This document shows positions 26,762 through 40,545 of a stretch of 64,000 nucleotides of DNA, in pieces (position 1 is the first letter of the stretch; each line of letters starts with the position of its first letter). Position numbers and translations under genes: made by a program. The notes beneath the pieces are model-generated. The model did not search any database and was not told the origin of the DNA. It saw nothing but the letters and a program-made list of their open reading frames with translations. Source of the stretch: Octopus bimaculoides (Eukaryota); NCBI RefSeq assembly GCF_001194135.2, contig NC_068995.1, forward strand, positions 39,108,151 through 39,172,150. Direction: 5' to 3'.

Positions 26762-29541
26762 TAACTAAATTAAAGACCCTCTTCGATCACGAATGGCAAT
26801 GGAATTGCATCTAGAAAGTTATCCTCCGCGGCACAATTCTGAGCAGGTTTGTTTATGGAAGTCCGTGCATAGCGGCCTCCCCTCTCCACGCCATCTTTGT
26901 TGTCCAAGGGAAAAGCTAATACCGATACAGCTTGACACCAGTGATGTCATAGCTCATTTCTACAGCTGAGTGAACTGGAACAGCGTGCAATAAAGTGTCT
27001 TGCTCAAAACATCCGTTCGAGTCCGGGATTTGAGCTCTCATTCTCATGATTTTGATACCAACGCTCTAACCGCTAAGCCGAAAATCGACTTATTGATGAA
27101 CTTTTGTGTAGATTTGATAATGATAACTTTATTTGATCTTTATCTTTTGTAGAATGTATCACTAGGTAATTTTTCTATCAATTTTTGGTGTTATTTCATA
27201 GGAGCCAGAAGAACAAGTACTTAATGTACACTAACTTAACACTGAACTGATATAAACTAGTTATGCTTGACACTTCATAATATATCTTAGGTATGACAGA
27301 AAATATTTAATTCTATGAAATTAGAAAGAAAAACAAAGAATGCTTAATCTATATGCTACAAAAAATTTAACTTGCATTTGTTTTTCTACCCATCCAGCAC
27401 TCCATCGCAGACATATCGTTAACTGTTGAATGCAAATCAGCGTACAAAGCCAAAGAACAAGCTATTGTATAGACCTTGGGAAATTCACTCTCACCTACTT
27501 AAACTACACCAAATTAGATCAGGTTTAATTTCATTGTTTCATCTTTTATTGACATGTTGTGTAAGTCATTTCAAATTGTTTGCACTTAATTTTAAAAGTA
27601 TAAATATGTATTCTTTGTTCAAGCCTATATTAATCATCTACGACAAAGAAAGAATTAATTAAAAGTTGTACTTTATTGTTTCGAAATAAAGTGATTGATA
27701 TTTTCTGTAAAACTGTCAGAAGGAATTAACCTCTCCAGTACTCTTCATCATTTAAACGCCATTATTGATTCAAGTAAAATAACGAAAACATGAAAAAAAG
27801 ACACATATGTACTACAATCAAAATTTTCACCTCAATATTATCAGTTATCTCGATAGTAAATTTTGAAAATATATGAAGCGTAGAACTCAAGGCATGAAAT
27901 AGAAAAAAAATGGGAGTTCAAATGCTAGCATTCTTTATTTTATAAAGACTACATAAAGTATTCTGAACCCAAATTAACGATCGCAATTATTGGCGATAAA
28001 GTCTACATAAATTGGAATATTGTTAAAGAGGCAATACAGGATAAACATATTTGATTTGATATCACGTTGATGGTTACTGGGAAAGTTTAGAATTATTGAT
28101 TATATGTCTCAGAACTTTATTGCTACGAACGGCAAAATACTTATACGCAAAGGAAAAGTCTTTAATACAGTGACATACAGATGGAACATTTTATATAAAA
28201 ATATTTATAAAAGAAAATCTGTTCCCCATGTACATACAGATGTGTATGTGCGCGCGCGAGCGAGCGTGTGTGTGTGTGTGTTTGTGTTTGTATCACTTTT
28301 AAGGTATCGGTACTGTACAGAATTTCATTAGAATTTAGAGCCATCACTGAACGTTATGACGTTTCGAATGCGACTACATATGTGTAAATAATGTCATCGA
28401 AAATGGAAAATAGGTAACTCAGGACTTAATACTCCCTTGTCAGTACTGCATCCAACCTTTTAACAATCCATGAACTTATTGCGGTGTAACATGACTGGAT
28501 AGACCAACTTACACATTATACGCATTCCTGGCATATATTAGTTGCTGGCAGGAACACTGTATTTCGCTTTGCAACTATAATATATTGCCATATTAAAGGC
28601 TTATATATCAGTAACGGGGCTTTTTTATGCGATGCAATCACTCCTGAAATATGCAAATACACCCATTGCCTATTTTACTTTCTTCGATCGCGTTGTGTAC
28701 ATTGTAGACTTCAGTGCTGAAAATAAATTCTATACAAAATCTAGAGACAATTTAGAAGCTATAGTTATAAAATTATGCATGTGAAAAATCTGCAAACTCC
28801 TTATCATTATTAACTTTATATACATATAATAAATGAGAGTGTGTGTGTGTGACAACATATTTTGACAGGTATGAAGGTCATTCACTGCAGTTTGACATGG
28901 AGAAAAATCGTCGCTCTAGGCAAAAAGGTGTAAAAAGACGACACCAGTTCAGAGTGGCCTCTACTCAAATAAATTGATTTCGAAATAGGCTCTCTCCAAC
29001 ATCGAATATCGGAAACAGACATGTCTCGAACTGACACGTGGTCCCTCTTATTAGATTCTAACAAAATACTTTCCATCGTGACGCTAATCAACTGGCCATT
29101 GTAAAATGCGCATTATATATAAATGTGAATTTTATTTTTCTCCATGACAAAATGCATTGGTGTCTTTACGTGATCGAATATTTTATCAAAGATATTCATA
29201 TATTACACAGCATAGCACTACAAACTAATATATATTATTCAGGATTCCAAAGAGTCAGGTGTTTAAATAGAAAAGTTCCAAGAGCAACTATGTAACGACA
29301 ATATATACGGACATATACGTACTTACTAATGTAAATACGGATTAGAACTTCCAGTTATGCATACATTCAGAACTGAGTGAATATACCATGTGTCATCGAA
29401 GACATACAGAGGTACACTCACTAAACATATTCCACTGTCGACTATACATCGTAGATGTAAACGTATGCAAGGTTCCCTGTTAGATAAAGAACAAGTGATA
29501 ACACTGATGCGTTGAAGTTCTCTACAGCTGTTTAAGACGTG

Positions 29542-29623
<82 letters not shown>

Positions 29624-29997
29624 GCACATACATGGAAATATACATATATATATATATACACATGCGTATTTATATACACGTACATACATATATATATAAA
29701 CAAACATATGTATAATTACATATATGTATATATAATTAACATAATATGGTAAAAATTCGATATTAATTAATATCAATTTAATAACAGGAAACTAGCACAT
29801 TAAAAGAATCAGAAGGTTCATGAAACATTTTTGTTCGAGATCCTAAAAAGATTATAGTAATTGTGTATATAAGATTGACCAGACCGGTCACTGGTCAATC
29901 TTATATACAAAAGTACTATATGTATATATATGTATATATATACACATACATACATATAAAGACATATATGTATAGATATACACATATATACATATAA

Positions 29998-30046
<49 letters not shown>

Positions 30047-30964
30047 TATAAACGTACGTGCGTATATATATACATATGTATACATATACATGCGTATATA
30101 TATACATATACATGCGTATATATATATACATAGATATATATACATACAAACACATATATATACATATACATATATACAAATATATATACATTTATATATA
30201 TATATACATACATGCATATACGTATATATACATACATATATATTCACATACATAGACATATATACATATAACATAGATACATATATACATATATATATAT
30301 ACATATATATANNNNNNNNNNAGAGAATATATAAGCAATATATGAAACAAAGCGAACACCAACGAGTGCATCTTAGGGAGCGTCTGGGAAGAAAGTGAAA
30401 TTAAAATGGGGTTGTTTCAAATGGTCAGCAAATTAGTATAAGGATGAAACCAATAGAGATAGGAAAATAAATATCTGCACAAATATACATATATAAGCGT
30501 GGAGCGTGATCTTACGCAGAATAGGTGTCCAAAATCCAACTTGTATTATATATCAAAAGGATTCAATGTAACGTTACCTTTACTTTTAATTTCAAGGGTT
30601 TAGACTCATATAAATAGACACACAACCACATACAGCTCGCATACGCAAACACACACAGAAAAGAATTATTTCACCTTTTTTTTAAAGTTTATTGATTTTT
30701 ATATAATCAACAACATACAAGTCTTGCTCGTAGCAGAAAAGCCACTAAAATGGATACAGAGCTTCGAAAATTCGCTTTGGTCCTCTCGGAAAACGCCAGT
30801 CAATTTTACAGATATGAGGTCGGGTAGCCTTTAAACTTTTGTAGCCAAATATGCTATTATTGATAGCTTAAGGTGAGAGTTTCGAGAATGATTATTCTCT
30901 ATCTTTTTCTCTCGCTCTATCTCACTCTAAACATATGCGTGCGTGTGTGTGTGTGCTTGTATGT

Positions 30965-31270
30965 GTGTAGGCGATCATGTGGCAGTGTGGTAAGACGTTC
31001 AGTTCCGAACCACATGGTCCTTGGTTCAGTCCCACTGCGTGGGTACCTTGGGAAAGTGTCTTTTACTATAGTCTCGGGCCGACCTAAGCGTTGTGAGCAG
31101 ATTTTGTGAACGGAAACAGAAAAAGTGCGTGTGTGTGAGTTGTCACCCGCTGCCAGTTGTCAACTGTTGCTGGATAGTTAACTTTGTGGTTCGGTAAAAC
31201 AGAACGATACAGCACGTGCCAGGCTTTGAAAAGAAGAAAAGTGCTGGAGTCAATTCGTTTGATTAAGATT
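30965..31270 (+). mobile_element. SINE family C
   Basis: tRNA-like head ggcagtgtggtaag...ggttcagtcccactgcgtgg.accttgggaaagtgtc; homologous to 57400-57570. Confidence 0.75.
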
Positions 31271-31948
31271 TCTCAANNNNNNNNNNNNNNNNNNNNNNNN
31301 NNNNNNNNNNNNNNNNNNNNNNNNNNNNNNNNNNNNNNNNNNNNNNNNNNNNNNNNNNNNNNNNNNNNNNNNNNNNNNNNNNNNNNNNNNNNNNNNNNNN
31401 NNNNNNNNNNNNNNNNNNNNNNNNNNNNNNNNNNNNNNNNNNNNNNNNNNNNNNNNNNNNNNNNNNNNNNNNNNNNNNNNNNNNNNNNNNNNNNNNNNNN
31501 NNNNNNNNNNNNNNNNNNNNNNNNNNNNNNNNNNNNNNNNNNNNNNNNNNNNNNNNNNNNNNNNTATATATATATATATATATATATATGCATGTAGACA
31601 CGCATACATATACTTGTCCATACATACGAATATGTATGTACATGTGTTTTATAATACGTTGAAGGTTACTTAAATGTCTCACTTTTCAAACTATGCAGCC
31701 AAAACGTTTGAAAAACATGGTTTTGAAGAAATTTCGATGTCACTGTCTATTCGCTTCAAGTAGCAATATTAATGAATGTGTAGAAGTAGAGTTTGTATGT
31801 GTCCACTGATGCGTATAAATCGTATGTTTCCATTGGTGTAATTGTTTATGTGTAGTCATATACTGCTATATTGCTAACGTATAAGCTGTCATGGATGCGA
31901 GTTGGGGTGTATCAGTGTTCTAATCATCGTCTTGTCTTCATGAACTTC

Positions 31949-31954
31949 TTTATT
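31949..31954 (-). promoter_or_regulatory. Candidate polyadenylation signal of the ECT2L-like gene
   Basis: AATAAA on the minus strand about 260 nt downstream of the stop codon. Positional inference only. Confidence 0.35.
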
Positions 31955-32210
31955 AGTGTGGGGCTAATTTCGCTTCTGCCCTTCACTGCACAGCCATCAC
32001 CATCCCCATCATTACCGTCAACATCATCGTCGTCGTCGTCGTTGTTTTCATTATCATCACCCTTACGATCATTATTATTCTTACCATCATCACATCACTA
32101 CCATTATCAACTCTGTTACCGCCATCATTATTATGGCGATTATCACTTCACCATCATCATCATCATCGTTGTTGTCTTTATCGTATTCGTCGTTTGTCGC
32201 TGTTTCCTTG

Positions 32211-32338
32211 TCAACACACTTGCACACTTCTTATGGCTTGATGCAGGATACTCAGCCAGTTCACTTTCTCTGTGCGACTCTCGGTACAGCAGCATATCTG
32301 GTTCGAAGGACTTTTCAATTTAAATGCATTGCATACAT
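32211..32338 (-). CDS. ECT2L: Last coding exon of an ECT2L-like RhoGEF (end of the PH domain)
   Basis: Acceptor tatattgcag|. Reads (Y)VCNAFKLKSPSNQICCCTESRTEKVNWLSILHQAIRSVQVC*, which resembles the vertebrate ECT2L C-terminus as I recall it (YVKNAFILQGP...WLSVLRNAIKS). The phase-1 junction matches the exon at 50293. Confidence 0.85.
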
Positions 32339-32459
32339 CTGCAATATATAAATAGAGGATAAATGGACATATGTATGTATAAACGTGAATAAAGAAAAGA
32401 ACAAAAGATGTTTGCAACGCCCTACTTTTGGGCAGCGCCAGCGGAAAACTCGGGTGTTA

Positions 32460-32608
32460 TGAGGTGCGTTCAAAAAGTATAATTGTTTTTCTTTGCCCGA
32501 CAAAACTAATGTTAAGTGGGTAAAACCCGTTAGAGGGAAAGTTACCCCACACTTTATATATGCATTTATATGTGTGTGTGCTTGTGTCTGTGCGTGTCCA
32601 TGTTCTTG

Positions 32609-32647
<39 letters not shown>

Positions 32648-33852
32648 TCCATACCACCCTAATCGTTACAAAATTTGCGGTGGTAGGCCGCGTCAGTTTC
32701 GGGCTATTACGCGTAGAGTACAGACGTGTAGCGCCCGCTCGCCTGATTTTCGTTTTCGCACAAGATGATTAGACGCTTCCAGTAGAGATATTGCATCTAG
32801 TTTTGCCAAAAGGTTAATGATACTCAAGCTCAAACTATCTAGAAGATTCAGCAGGTCTTTGCTGATCTCGGGTCAAAAAGTCTTACGACAGCTTCAAATA
32901 TGACCGTCTCTCAAGGCTAAACAAATTACACTCAGGCAGATCAACCACAAACCAAAACAATAAACCGATTGAGAATGTTCGGCTAATAGTCATGAAAAAC
33001 TGTGGTGTAACAATCAAGAAAATTGCTCACAAAGTTGGAATAATCACAGGATCAGTGCATTCTATTTTAACGGAGGATATGTGCATGCGGAGAGTGGCGA
33101 CAAAATTGGTCCGCAAGTTGCTAGTGGAGCAGAATAAGCAACTCCACATGAAAATAGCTCAGGAGATGCTGGGCTGTGAAAACTACGATCCAAACATTAT
33201 AAAGAATATAATCACCGGTGATCGGACATGAATTTATGTTATGACCCAGAAGCCCATTTTCACTCCTCCCAATGGAAATATCCGTCATCATCAAGGCCCA
33301 AAAAGCACGACAATTTCGCGTTAGTTTGAAGGTAATATTAAACTATTTATTTAACTCCCGTGGAATTCTGTATCATGCATTCGCGCCAGAGGGCCAAACG
33401 TTCACTAAGGAATACGACTTGGAGGTTATACATCGCCTTTGTGATACTGTGCATCGAAAACGGCCGGATATATGGGCGGAGAAGAATTGGTAACTTCATC
33501 TCGGAAATAAGCCTACTCATTCTGCCCACGTAATCCAAGCCTTCCGAGTGAAGAACAACACACTGTTTGTTCAAATGACTCCCGATTCTCCCGCATTGGT
33601 ACTGTGCGACATCTTGAACTTCTCGAAGCTGAAAACCATGCTGTGAGTGGAGCAATCTGAGTCGCTAGAGAACATTATAAGTAAAGCGACGCGAAGCTCC
33701 ATCTCATTGCGGAGAAAACTTTCCAGTACTGCGAGAATTGTGTGAAATCTGAAGGAGTATTTTGAAGATGAATAAAATTTGTGAAATGCACAAAATGATT
33801 TTTCCTTTTATTTTCTATGCTTAAACATCGGATACTTTTTGAACGCACCTTG
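32460..33852 (+). mobile_element. Near full-length mariner (DD34D-like) with pseudogenised transposase
   Basis: TIRs ta|tgaggtgcgttcaaaaagtat and atactttttgaacgcaccttg|ta. Motifs MRRVATKLVRKLL and IITGD, with decayed HH-D-N and P-D-L-A-P-C-D-F regions. Confidence 0.9.
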
Positions 33853-34964
33853 TAATCTTAACTACTTATACCTTTCTCTCTTACCTCATATTCTTAGCTC
33901 AAATCTACTACTGGTTCAGTAACTAGATTTCTCCGTATAAGCGCTTAATACTCTTTTTCTCTTAAACTTCTCCCTGGATACAGAAAATATGGCTAAAACT
34001 TCAATGACGATTAAAGAAACTTTTCACTAGCTGGTGTTGATTCATATACATATTGTAACACTGTAGAGGGAAACATTCTAATGTAACTGCTTTATGTTTA
34101 ATATCAAACTACTTAAGATAATATATCTATATTCTCAAATGAATGAATCAAACGCTCGATTAGATTTTCGATTAGACGTATGGCAGAATGATCAATAATT
34201 TCTATGCTTATTGTATATTAGTAACCACACATGTTGTAGCAATTGGCAAGTTTCAAATAGCCATCACATTCTTGGTTGTAGTCTTGCATTAAGCTCATGT
34301 CAGCGTGTTCTGCGTTACCTACGTACAGTGCAGTGGAAAAATTATTAAGAATAAAATTACTTAACCATGGAAACCGTGCTGCACTAAGAATATATTACAA
34401 ACTAACCATCGTTTTGGTTGCTTGTGTAATAGTTAATCGACATGGCTACGTGCAACTTTCTTCATACTGAACGAATCTTTCATCCTTTACTTGATAGGCA
34501 CCACCTTCATAGGTTTTAGTCAAACGAATCACCCCCCACCCCCCCAAGCACTGGTTGGCCAGCGATGGCGGAGGAAAAGCACAAAGATATACACACAGAT
34601 ATATCATATAAATATATCTATATCTTTGTATTTATAAGTGTGTGTGCTTGTGTCTGTGTCTATGTGCTTGCATATATATATATATATATATAGATAGATA
34701 GATAGATAGATAGGAACACCATACCACCCTAATCGTTATCTGAGCTTAATAAGGTTTTCTGTCAGGAAAAGCAAGCAATATTAACGTAATATATTTTTAC
34801 AAACCATGAATCCACCAACACTTTGCACTTTATTAGATAAAAGGCCAATTCAAAATACCGAGACTAAGATATAAAATTCCATAAACAAGCATAAAATGTT
34901 TCTATCTATTTGTGTGTGTGTATGTGCGTGTGTGCGTGCGTGCCTGTGTGTGTGTATGACGGTG

Positions 34965-35280
34965 CGTGACTGTGTGATTAGAGTGGTGTGCTCAGAATCA
35001 TGAGGTTGTGAGTTCGATCCCGGAGTGGGCAGTGTGTTGTTATCGTTATTTCACGTTGTTCCCGTTCACTCAGCTGCAGAAATGAGATGCGATCTCACAG
35101 GTGCCAAGCTGTTTCACCTTTTGCCTTCGTTAGGATAACATCCGTGAAGGGGAGAGTGGGTACTGGTATGCATAGGTGATTGTTTGTCTTTCATAAACAA
35201 CTTTGCCTGGACTTATACCTTGGAGGGGAACTTTTTGGTTGCAATCCCATGCTCATTCATGACCGAAGGGGTCGTTAGGA
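34965..35280 (+). mobile_element. tRNA-derived SINE (another family)
   Basis: Head with A-box- and B-box-like sequence (gtgtgattagagtgg...gagttcgatccc) followed by cacgttgttcccgttcactcagctg. Confidence 0.6.
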
Positions 35281-37214
35281 ATGTGTACTACCAGTTAGTG
35301 AACAAACAAAAGAAAGTAGCACTCAACGCATTTCGTCGAAATTACACGTATTTAATAACAGTTTGGCTCAGCTCTCACTCTCTTTCTCATGCGCGTGCGC
35401 ACAGTCAGTCACTCACACACATACTCACACACCTATACATACATATATGTATATACTAAGCGAACAAATTAAAGATAATACTACCCAACATATTTGGTTG
35501 AAGCAACATGTATTAAATAACAGGTTAGATTACAGCTTCTAGTGACGTAGTTTCGGACTGCATGAGATACGTTAATTTCATCAGATATTAAGAGGGTGTG
35601 CTCTATGCGACCACGTCATGTAGAGCTGAGTGAATTTGTTATTAGATACGTGCATACACACACATACGCATATATGTATTATGTGTTTGTTTTTGTCTAA
35701 ATGGAGATATGTACCTCTATCTGTCTTTCTTCAAGCCACTATGTATGCATGTATATATGTATGTATGTATGTATGCATGTATGTATGCATGTATGTATGT
35801 ATGTATGTATGTATGTATATGTATATATTCATGCATGTATGTATGTCATTATTATGTTTTATTTCGAGATTTCTTGCCAATAGAGAAAGAACCGGCTTCG
35901 AACCTAGATCCAAGGCTCCCTCATTGGAATTTCAACATCATCAACATAGTCTTTTGTGTGTATGTATGAATGTATGTATGCATGTTATCAATCAGTTTCA
36001 TTTCTGTATTTCTTATCAATAGAGAAAGAGCCGGACTCTAACATAGATTCATGGCTCCTTCATTGGAACTTTTATCAACATCATCTAGGTATTTGTGCAT
36101 ATGTGTGTGTGTGCAGTATTTCGTGTTAGTGTATGCGCAGATGTGTATGTTTGTTTTATGGATGCGTTTTTATGTATATATGTTCATGTATGTATGTATG
36201 TATGTATGTATGTATGTACGGTTGTATACTTGCAAATTTGTATGCTTTGTTTTATGTATGTCTTCTCCTGCATATACTTTCATATCTAAATATGCTCATA
36301 TATACTTAAATGATAAATTTCTGAAAAGTAATCAGCTTTCTCCTTCCTGGTTTTTCAGAAGCTTAATTCTCAAAAATTGGTATTTATGCAGTGTGTTGCA
36401 TATACCATATGTATATATGTAAGCATGTACGCTATGTACGTATTAGATATGCTCATGTTCACTTTCCTTCTACGAAATTTCACTCAGAAGACAGTGGTGG
36501 ATTGTATCTGTAGCAGATGTAAATGCCATGACAACTAAACGTGCGAATGATTTCATTGATGTTTAAGCTTTTATTAGTTGTAGGAACTTAGTAGTAAAAG
36601 ATGGTATCTTAAAATGTAAACAAATCTATGCCTAGACACAGCCCTTGGATTGATAAACGGAATAATTTGCTTCACTCCATTTGGTGGTGAAAGTCACCTA
36701 ACGACATACGAATATTTTTGTTCATTTCAGTGACAGTGAAAATAGGAATCGTGACAATAATTCTTAAGAAATGGCATTAATCTTTTAACTTTTTTTTTTC
36801 TTTTTCTCCATCAAAAGAAGTATCTACAACCAAAAATGCAAATTTTCTTTCCAAATTTGTTCTGCCGGCGCTATCTTCGTTTTATTGTTTGTCATTAATG
36901 CACTTACTTATCACGTTTCTATTAAAGTATTATCTATTTATATCACAATAATGCATATATACTCAAAAATTCTCCGGAGATAGTCGACATTATAAGTAAA
37001 CCTATGGCACAGACATTAACCTCAACATACCATATGAAGAAACTTGGAGAAAGAAATTAGCAAATGTGAGATAAGTGAAGGGGATGGGGAATAAGAGGGA
37101 AATAAGGGAAAACGGTAACTAAAGACAAAATTTAGAAGAATAAAAAGAAAAGAACTATGAAACAAGGGACTACACAATCGATTCAATGTAGCTACAGCAG
37201 AAGTTGCTGGAAAA

Positions 37215-37984
37215 TATAGGTGAGATTAGCTGAAGAAAGGAACCCTAAAACAAGTGAACGAGAGCACTGTACCGGCAGCGCAAAACCAAGCTTTGGCCAC
37301 GAACTGGTGGGTGGAGGGGTCAACCTTAGGAATGAGCAAGTGTCTCCGCTCTGCCGCATCTACAATAAGGTGGATCAAACCATTGCCCATAACACGAACG
37401 AACGCCCTAGATTTGCACAAAACTATTACAAGTTGTGGTGACACGACCACATATCGAAAGTGCTACATTGGAAACCGTACGAAAAATGGGGGCTAGAGAG
37501 ATACAAGACGTGGTATGAGAACAAACGGCAGAGAGTGGCAGAGTCAGAGACTAGTAAAAGTCTCTGGGATTTCCCAATCCAAATAGGTCAGCTGCTAGAG
37601 CATAACAGACTGGTGCACAAGGTGTTCCACATATGCTATATAGTTGATGTTGCATGCCCCTTTGACTCACGAAGAGTAAAAAAGGAAGGCGAAAAGATAG
37701 TTAGGTACAACGCTCTTAAGTGCGAAATAGCCTGGCTATGTAACATAAAGAAGGTGAAGATAGTGCCAATTATTGTTGGGTCAGAAAAAATCTAGAGGAA
37801 TATAAAGGAAATCGGAATAGAGTGCCCAGTGAAAGTGTTACAAAAGGTTTGCCCCTTTGACACGGCCAGAATAATCAGGAAAGTCTTAGAGAGCTGAAAA
37901 GAACAAATTTGCATGGTACTGAAGGTGGTAAGCCCGCTACGTAAGCAAGACTCCAGGAGCTCCAAAAACCTGTGATAAGGAGAA

Positions 37985-37985
<1 letters not shown>
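37215..37985 (+). mobile_element. R4/Dong 3' fragment (zinc knuckle and RLE) ending in (TAA)n
   Basis: AAQNQALATNW, SPLCRI..QTIAH, HDHISKVLHW, LWDFPIQ, DVACPFD, KIVRYNALK, VPIIVG and RIIRKVL; then a 3' UTR and (TAA)n at 37985-38050. Confidence 0.9.
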
Positions 37986-38050
<65 letters not shown>

Positions 38051-38054
38051 CATC

Positions 38055-38265
38055 CTTTCAACTAAACGCACAAGGCCTGAAATTTTATTGGGGTGGGGTG
38101 GGGGGTTAGTCTATTATATCGACCTCAGTGTTTCACTGGTATTTAATTTATCGATCCAGAAAGAATGAAAGTCAAATTCGATCTCTGCAGAAGGTGAAAT
38201 CCGAACGTAAAGACGGACAAAATGCTGCTAAATATTTTGACCGGCGCACTAACGGTTCTACCCGC
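38055..38265 (-). mobile_element. SINE family A
   Basis: Reverse complement matches 50697-50930; cacaaggcctgaaattt end. Confidence 0.75.
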
Positions 38266-38739
38266 TTGTATTCATCATCATGATCATCATCAAGAACAAC
38301 TACAAAAAAATCAGCAACGTATATGTGATTATTACTGCCATGGCAACTAACCTGAAACTAGTCTCTGGATGCTGGCTTTGTTGGGTGGTGGTACTTATCT
38401 CCCCTGTTTGAAAACTTAAGGACGCAGAACACATGTTGTCACGTAGCCAACTAGAAACGGTGTTTCTTGGGGCTAAACAGCAGTAGCATTCTTCCCTTTC
38501 CTGGGACTGCCACATTATGTTGGCAACAAACCACCACTTTATCATGCTGCTACTGCATAACTCTCTCTCTCTGAGAGATTTAGAAATGGAATATTTCTAA
38601 CAAACATTAGTGACTTCGGGATAAATGACAGCATCATAAACATCATCATGAACATTATCATCATCATCACTTTCACTAGCACCTGCTGCAGCAGCAACAT
38701 AGTCGCTGTCATACCGCCATCTACGCAATAATGTTGCTT

Positions 38740-38862
38740 TTCTTTCCCTACACAGCGCAGCCCACCTACTACTACTACTAGTACCACTACTACTACTAAT
38801 GCTTCAACCACTATTTATCACTATCACTACCACTAACACTACTACTGCTACTACTACTAATT

Positions 38863-38920
<58 letters not shown>

Positions 38921-38983
38921 CACTACTAGTACTGATGCTTCAACCAATATTTATCACTATCACTACCACTAACACTACTACAG

Positions 38984-39050
<67 letters not shown>

Positions 39051-39150
39051 CATGAGAACAAAACCTCTACCACCACCACCAACACTCCATACGATAATTC
39101 TACCATCGCTGCTTTTACTGCTGCAGCTACAACTACCACTACTACAACAG

Positions 39151-39198
<48 letters not shown>

Positions 39199-39294
39199 GT
39201 ACCATGACAACAAAATTTCTAGCATCACCACCACCACTACTAACGATAATTCTACCACCGCTGCTTGTGCTGCTGCAGCTAATACTACTACCAT

Positions 39295-39349
<55 letters not shown>

Positions 39350-40082
39350 TCGCCCACTTCGTGATCATTACCAAACATTGTTAACCGTCACAAAAGATGA
39401 AAGTGTAAAAAAAAACAAAAAAAAATGAAAATAAACATGTAGCATTGAAGGCCAATATCGGAACAGACGTTCTCAGCTTATTNNNNNNNNNNNNNNNNNN
39501 NNNNNNNNNNNNNNNNNNNNNNNNNNNNNNNNNNNNNNNNNNNNNNNNNNNNNNNNNNNNNNNNNNNNNNNNNNNNNNNNNNNNNNNNNNNNNNNNNNNN
39601 NNNNNNNNNNNNNNNNNNNNNNNNNNNNNNNNNNNNNNNNNNNNNNNNNNNNNNNNNNNNNNNNNNNNNNNNNNNNNNNNNNNNNNNNNNNNNNNNNNNN
39701 NNNNNNNNNNNNNNNNNNNNNNNNNNNNNNNNNNNNNNNNNNNNNNNNNNNNNNNNNNNNNNNNNNNNNNNNNNNNNNNNNNNNNNNNNNNNNNNNNNNN
39801 NNNNNNNNNNNNNNNNNNNNNNNNNNNNNNNNNNNNNNNNNNNNNNNNNNNNNNNNNNNNNNNNNNNNNNNNNNNNNNNNNNNNNNNNNNNNNNNNNNNN
39901 NNNNNNNNNNNNNNNNNNNNNNNNNNNNNNNNNNNNNNNNNNNNNNNNNNNNNNNNNNNNNNNNNNNNNNNNNNNNNNNNNNNNNNNNNNNNNNNNNNNN
40001 NNNNNNNNNNNNNNGATAACGTTTATAATAGTATCATCATTAGTATCACTAAATCATTCTCAGCATCATAGCTAACATTATT

Positions 40083-40115
<33 letters not shown>

Positions 40116-40495
40116 ATCACCACCACCGCCACCATCACCGTCATCGACATCCTCGTCATTATCCTCACCACTTCCACCAACACCGCCACCGCCACCACCA
40201 TCGTCATTATCATAATTATTGCCACCACCACTACCGCCATCCTCCTCCACATCCACTCCATCTCCTCCTCCTCCACATCATCATCACCACCACTAGTAAC
40301 AGCTGTAGCGGCAGCAGCAGAAGCAGCAGCAGCACTTGTAGAGGCACAAGCAGCAGCAGTGGTGGTACCAGCAACACCGACAACAACTAAAACAATAGCA
40401 ACAACCATTAAGATTAATGTGAACCTCTTCAGTATCACTATTATTATCATCACAGTTATTATAATCATCGCCATTATTATTATTATTATTATTAT

Positions 40496-40536
<41 letters not shown>

Positions 40537-40545
40537 TCATTATTA
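38740..40545. repeat. Compound (CTA)n/(CAT)n/(TAT)n microsatellite field with internal duplications and a gap
   Basis: Runs are directly visible; they explain the poly-T/L/V ORFs. Confidence 0.9.

Noticed and set aside
28330-29100. Coding-like unique DNA (e.g. MEKNRRSRQKGVKRRHQF)
   Set aside because: All frames are interrupted and no family was recognised; it needs tBLASTx or Dfam.
38790-39350. CRISPR-like or other repeat-spacer array
   Set aside because: The spacers are themselves duplicated and the repeats are simple CTA runs. The context is eukaryotic, with no cas genes.
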